Source of the DNA: Octopus sinensis
Taxonomy: Eukaryota
Length of the DNA stretch: 64,000 nucleotides
Reading direction: 5' to 3'
Assembly (NCBI RefSeq): GCF_006345805.1
Contig: NC_043017.1
Span: 19,282,001-19,346,000, forward strand
In this document: one piece after another, positions 62,299 to 64,000 of the stretch
How positions within the stretch are numbered: the first letter of the stretch is position 1
Layout of the letters: every line of letters starts with the position of its first letter
The notes under the pieces: model-generated
Databases searched by the model: none
What the model was told of the DNA's origin: nothing
What the model saw: only the letters and a program-made list of their open reading frames with translations
Translations under genes and position numbers: made by a program

Positions 62299-64000
62299 AT
62301 ATGCTTATTTTGCTTAATGGTTAATCCAGTGCTGAACATGACAGAGTTAAACATAACACAGGCAGAATATTTTGGCTGGATATGGCTGTTTTAAAAGCTA
62401 ATGAGTTAGAGTTTTTTTCTATGCATCATTGTTTTTTTTCTTCTTTTTTTTTCTGAGAGGGCAATTCCTAGTGGGGAAATACTCGTACTTGATGGTACTT
62501 CAATAATAAATGAATCAATTATTTGGTTGTTGCTGTAGAACACATCTTCGTTCTTGAAAACAATTCAAAATATCATCGCTAGAATTACTTTAGTTTTCTC
62601 TACAACAAATCAAAGTTGTACGTTTTTATTACCTCATGCAACCAAGGTTGTGTTTGTTCAGTGACAAGTGGCCCTGGTCGTAAGAGACAGATGTGAAACT
62701 TCATCTTTAAACACAGGAAGAAACATTTCAAGTGGAGACAATCATTTGCTGCCTCACTTCAATAACTTATCATCTGTTTATATAGAAACTGCCACTCTGC
62801 ACACAAATAACCTGTATATTAAGGGCTTAAATCACAGTTCAAATGGCCTTGTGGAGGTGTTTTCTATATTTCTTTATTATTTGTTCATTGTTTTCATTTC
62901 AAGTGACTTATAGCTTTCTCTTTCTTTTTTTTATTTTTTTCTTTATTTTTCTTTTTTTTTTCTTTCTTTTTTTCACCTTCTGCTAGGCTTCTCTTAAATT
63001 ATTTTTCATTTTATTATTAGCATTATAGTGTTTTCCTCAACCCCCCTCACTCTCTCTACCACTATCTCTGACTCTGTCTGTCTCTCTGTCTCTCCACCCA
63101 TCCCCTAAAACAGTAATGATCTATTATGTGGCTGAAAATATCTGTTAAACGATATTTTGATGAAGAGCTTATCATCGTTTGCTGTTAATTTTCCTGCAAC
63201 TATTTATCATATAAGAACAGCTCATGTCTTTCCCAGCTGAACCAACACATTTATGCATACTGATATGTTCCATCATTATCGTTGTTGCTGTTGTTATTGT
63301 TGTTGTTTAGCCCTGGGTCAGTCATTATTGAGCATACCTGTAATCAAAGCTGTCATCATTTTGACTCTGTTTTCAGGTTGTCTACCCAGGACCACATTGT
63401 CTAATGTGTAATTTGTTATGTATTGTCATTGTTTAGCCCGGACCCTAATTCTATGTTCACCTGCGACCAAAGTCATTCCAATCGTGCCCATCCTGCCTTT
63501 TCAAGGCTATACTGGACCATGCCATCCAATGTGCCCATTTCTTTTCAAAAACGATAGGATTTAGGGGAAAAAATGAGAATGTCCCCTCAGAAAACTAAAA
63601 TTAAAAAAGGTTGTTTTCAATCTTTAAAATAAAACCAAAAACTTTTAATCCAGCAATCTTTTATCATTTACTTGTTTCATTCATGAGACTGTGGCCATGC
63701 TGGGGCTCCACCTCGAAAAATTTCTCGTCTAATAAATCAACCCCAGTACTTATTTTTTTAAAGCCTGGGACTTATTCCACCAGCCCGCTTTTGCTGAACC
63801 ACTAAGTTACAGAGATATGAGCATACCAGCACCATCCTGCTCCATACACATCCCCCGTTCTGTCCCCACACCCTTCTGCTCACCTTGAACCCATCATCAC
63901 CACTATTTTTTTTACCTCTTTTCACTTCTGCCCCAGTTACTTCCATTCTCTCTCTTCTGTAATCTGTGTCACCATGTAGCTCTTCCACAGCAATAACCCT

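Overview
This is an AT-rich, repeat-dense eukaryotic window. The SINE, RTE and MITE repertoire and the long microsatellites point to a coleoid cephalopod, most likely Octopus (inferred, not database-checked). Host genes: the last two coding exons of BORCS5/LOH12CR1 (1-261, 3303-3527, +) and one coding exon (N-terminus to ECL1) of a rhodopsin-class GPCR (37448-37784, +), whose next coding exon I could not find, implying an intron over 26 kb. There is a decayed tRNA gene with an elongator-Met scaffold and a 21-nt intron at the canonical site (17023-17116, -). Most of the rest is three tRNA-derived SINE families, RTE and CR1-type LINE remnants, piggyBac, hAT and pogo MITEs, a non-autonomous Helitron, and micro/minisatellites. 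The most interesting layer is invisible in the ORF track: nine short elements from about six unrelated families sit against (TA)n tracts, and most follow the layout pyrimidine-rich linker, minimal type-I hammerhead ribozyme motif, short tail, (TA)n, like Penelope-like element (PLE) ends. Three copies of one family share a non-canonical core (CUGUYGA, A6->U) and a loopless ACGU helix III. Another carries a clean 46-aa PLE-like N-terminal mini-ORF directly upstream of its hammerhead. Also present: two fold-back inverted duplications, a 116-bp target-site-like duplication, and a rearrangement cluster around poly-G/C tracts. Nearly all long ORFs in the track are translations of simple repeats. All structures were read by eye and need computational and experimental confirmation.
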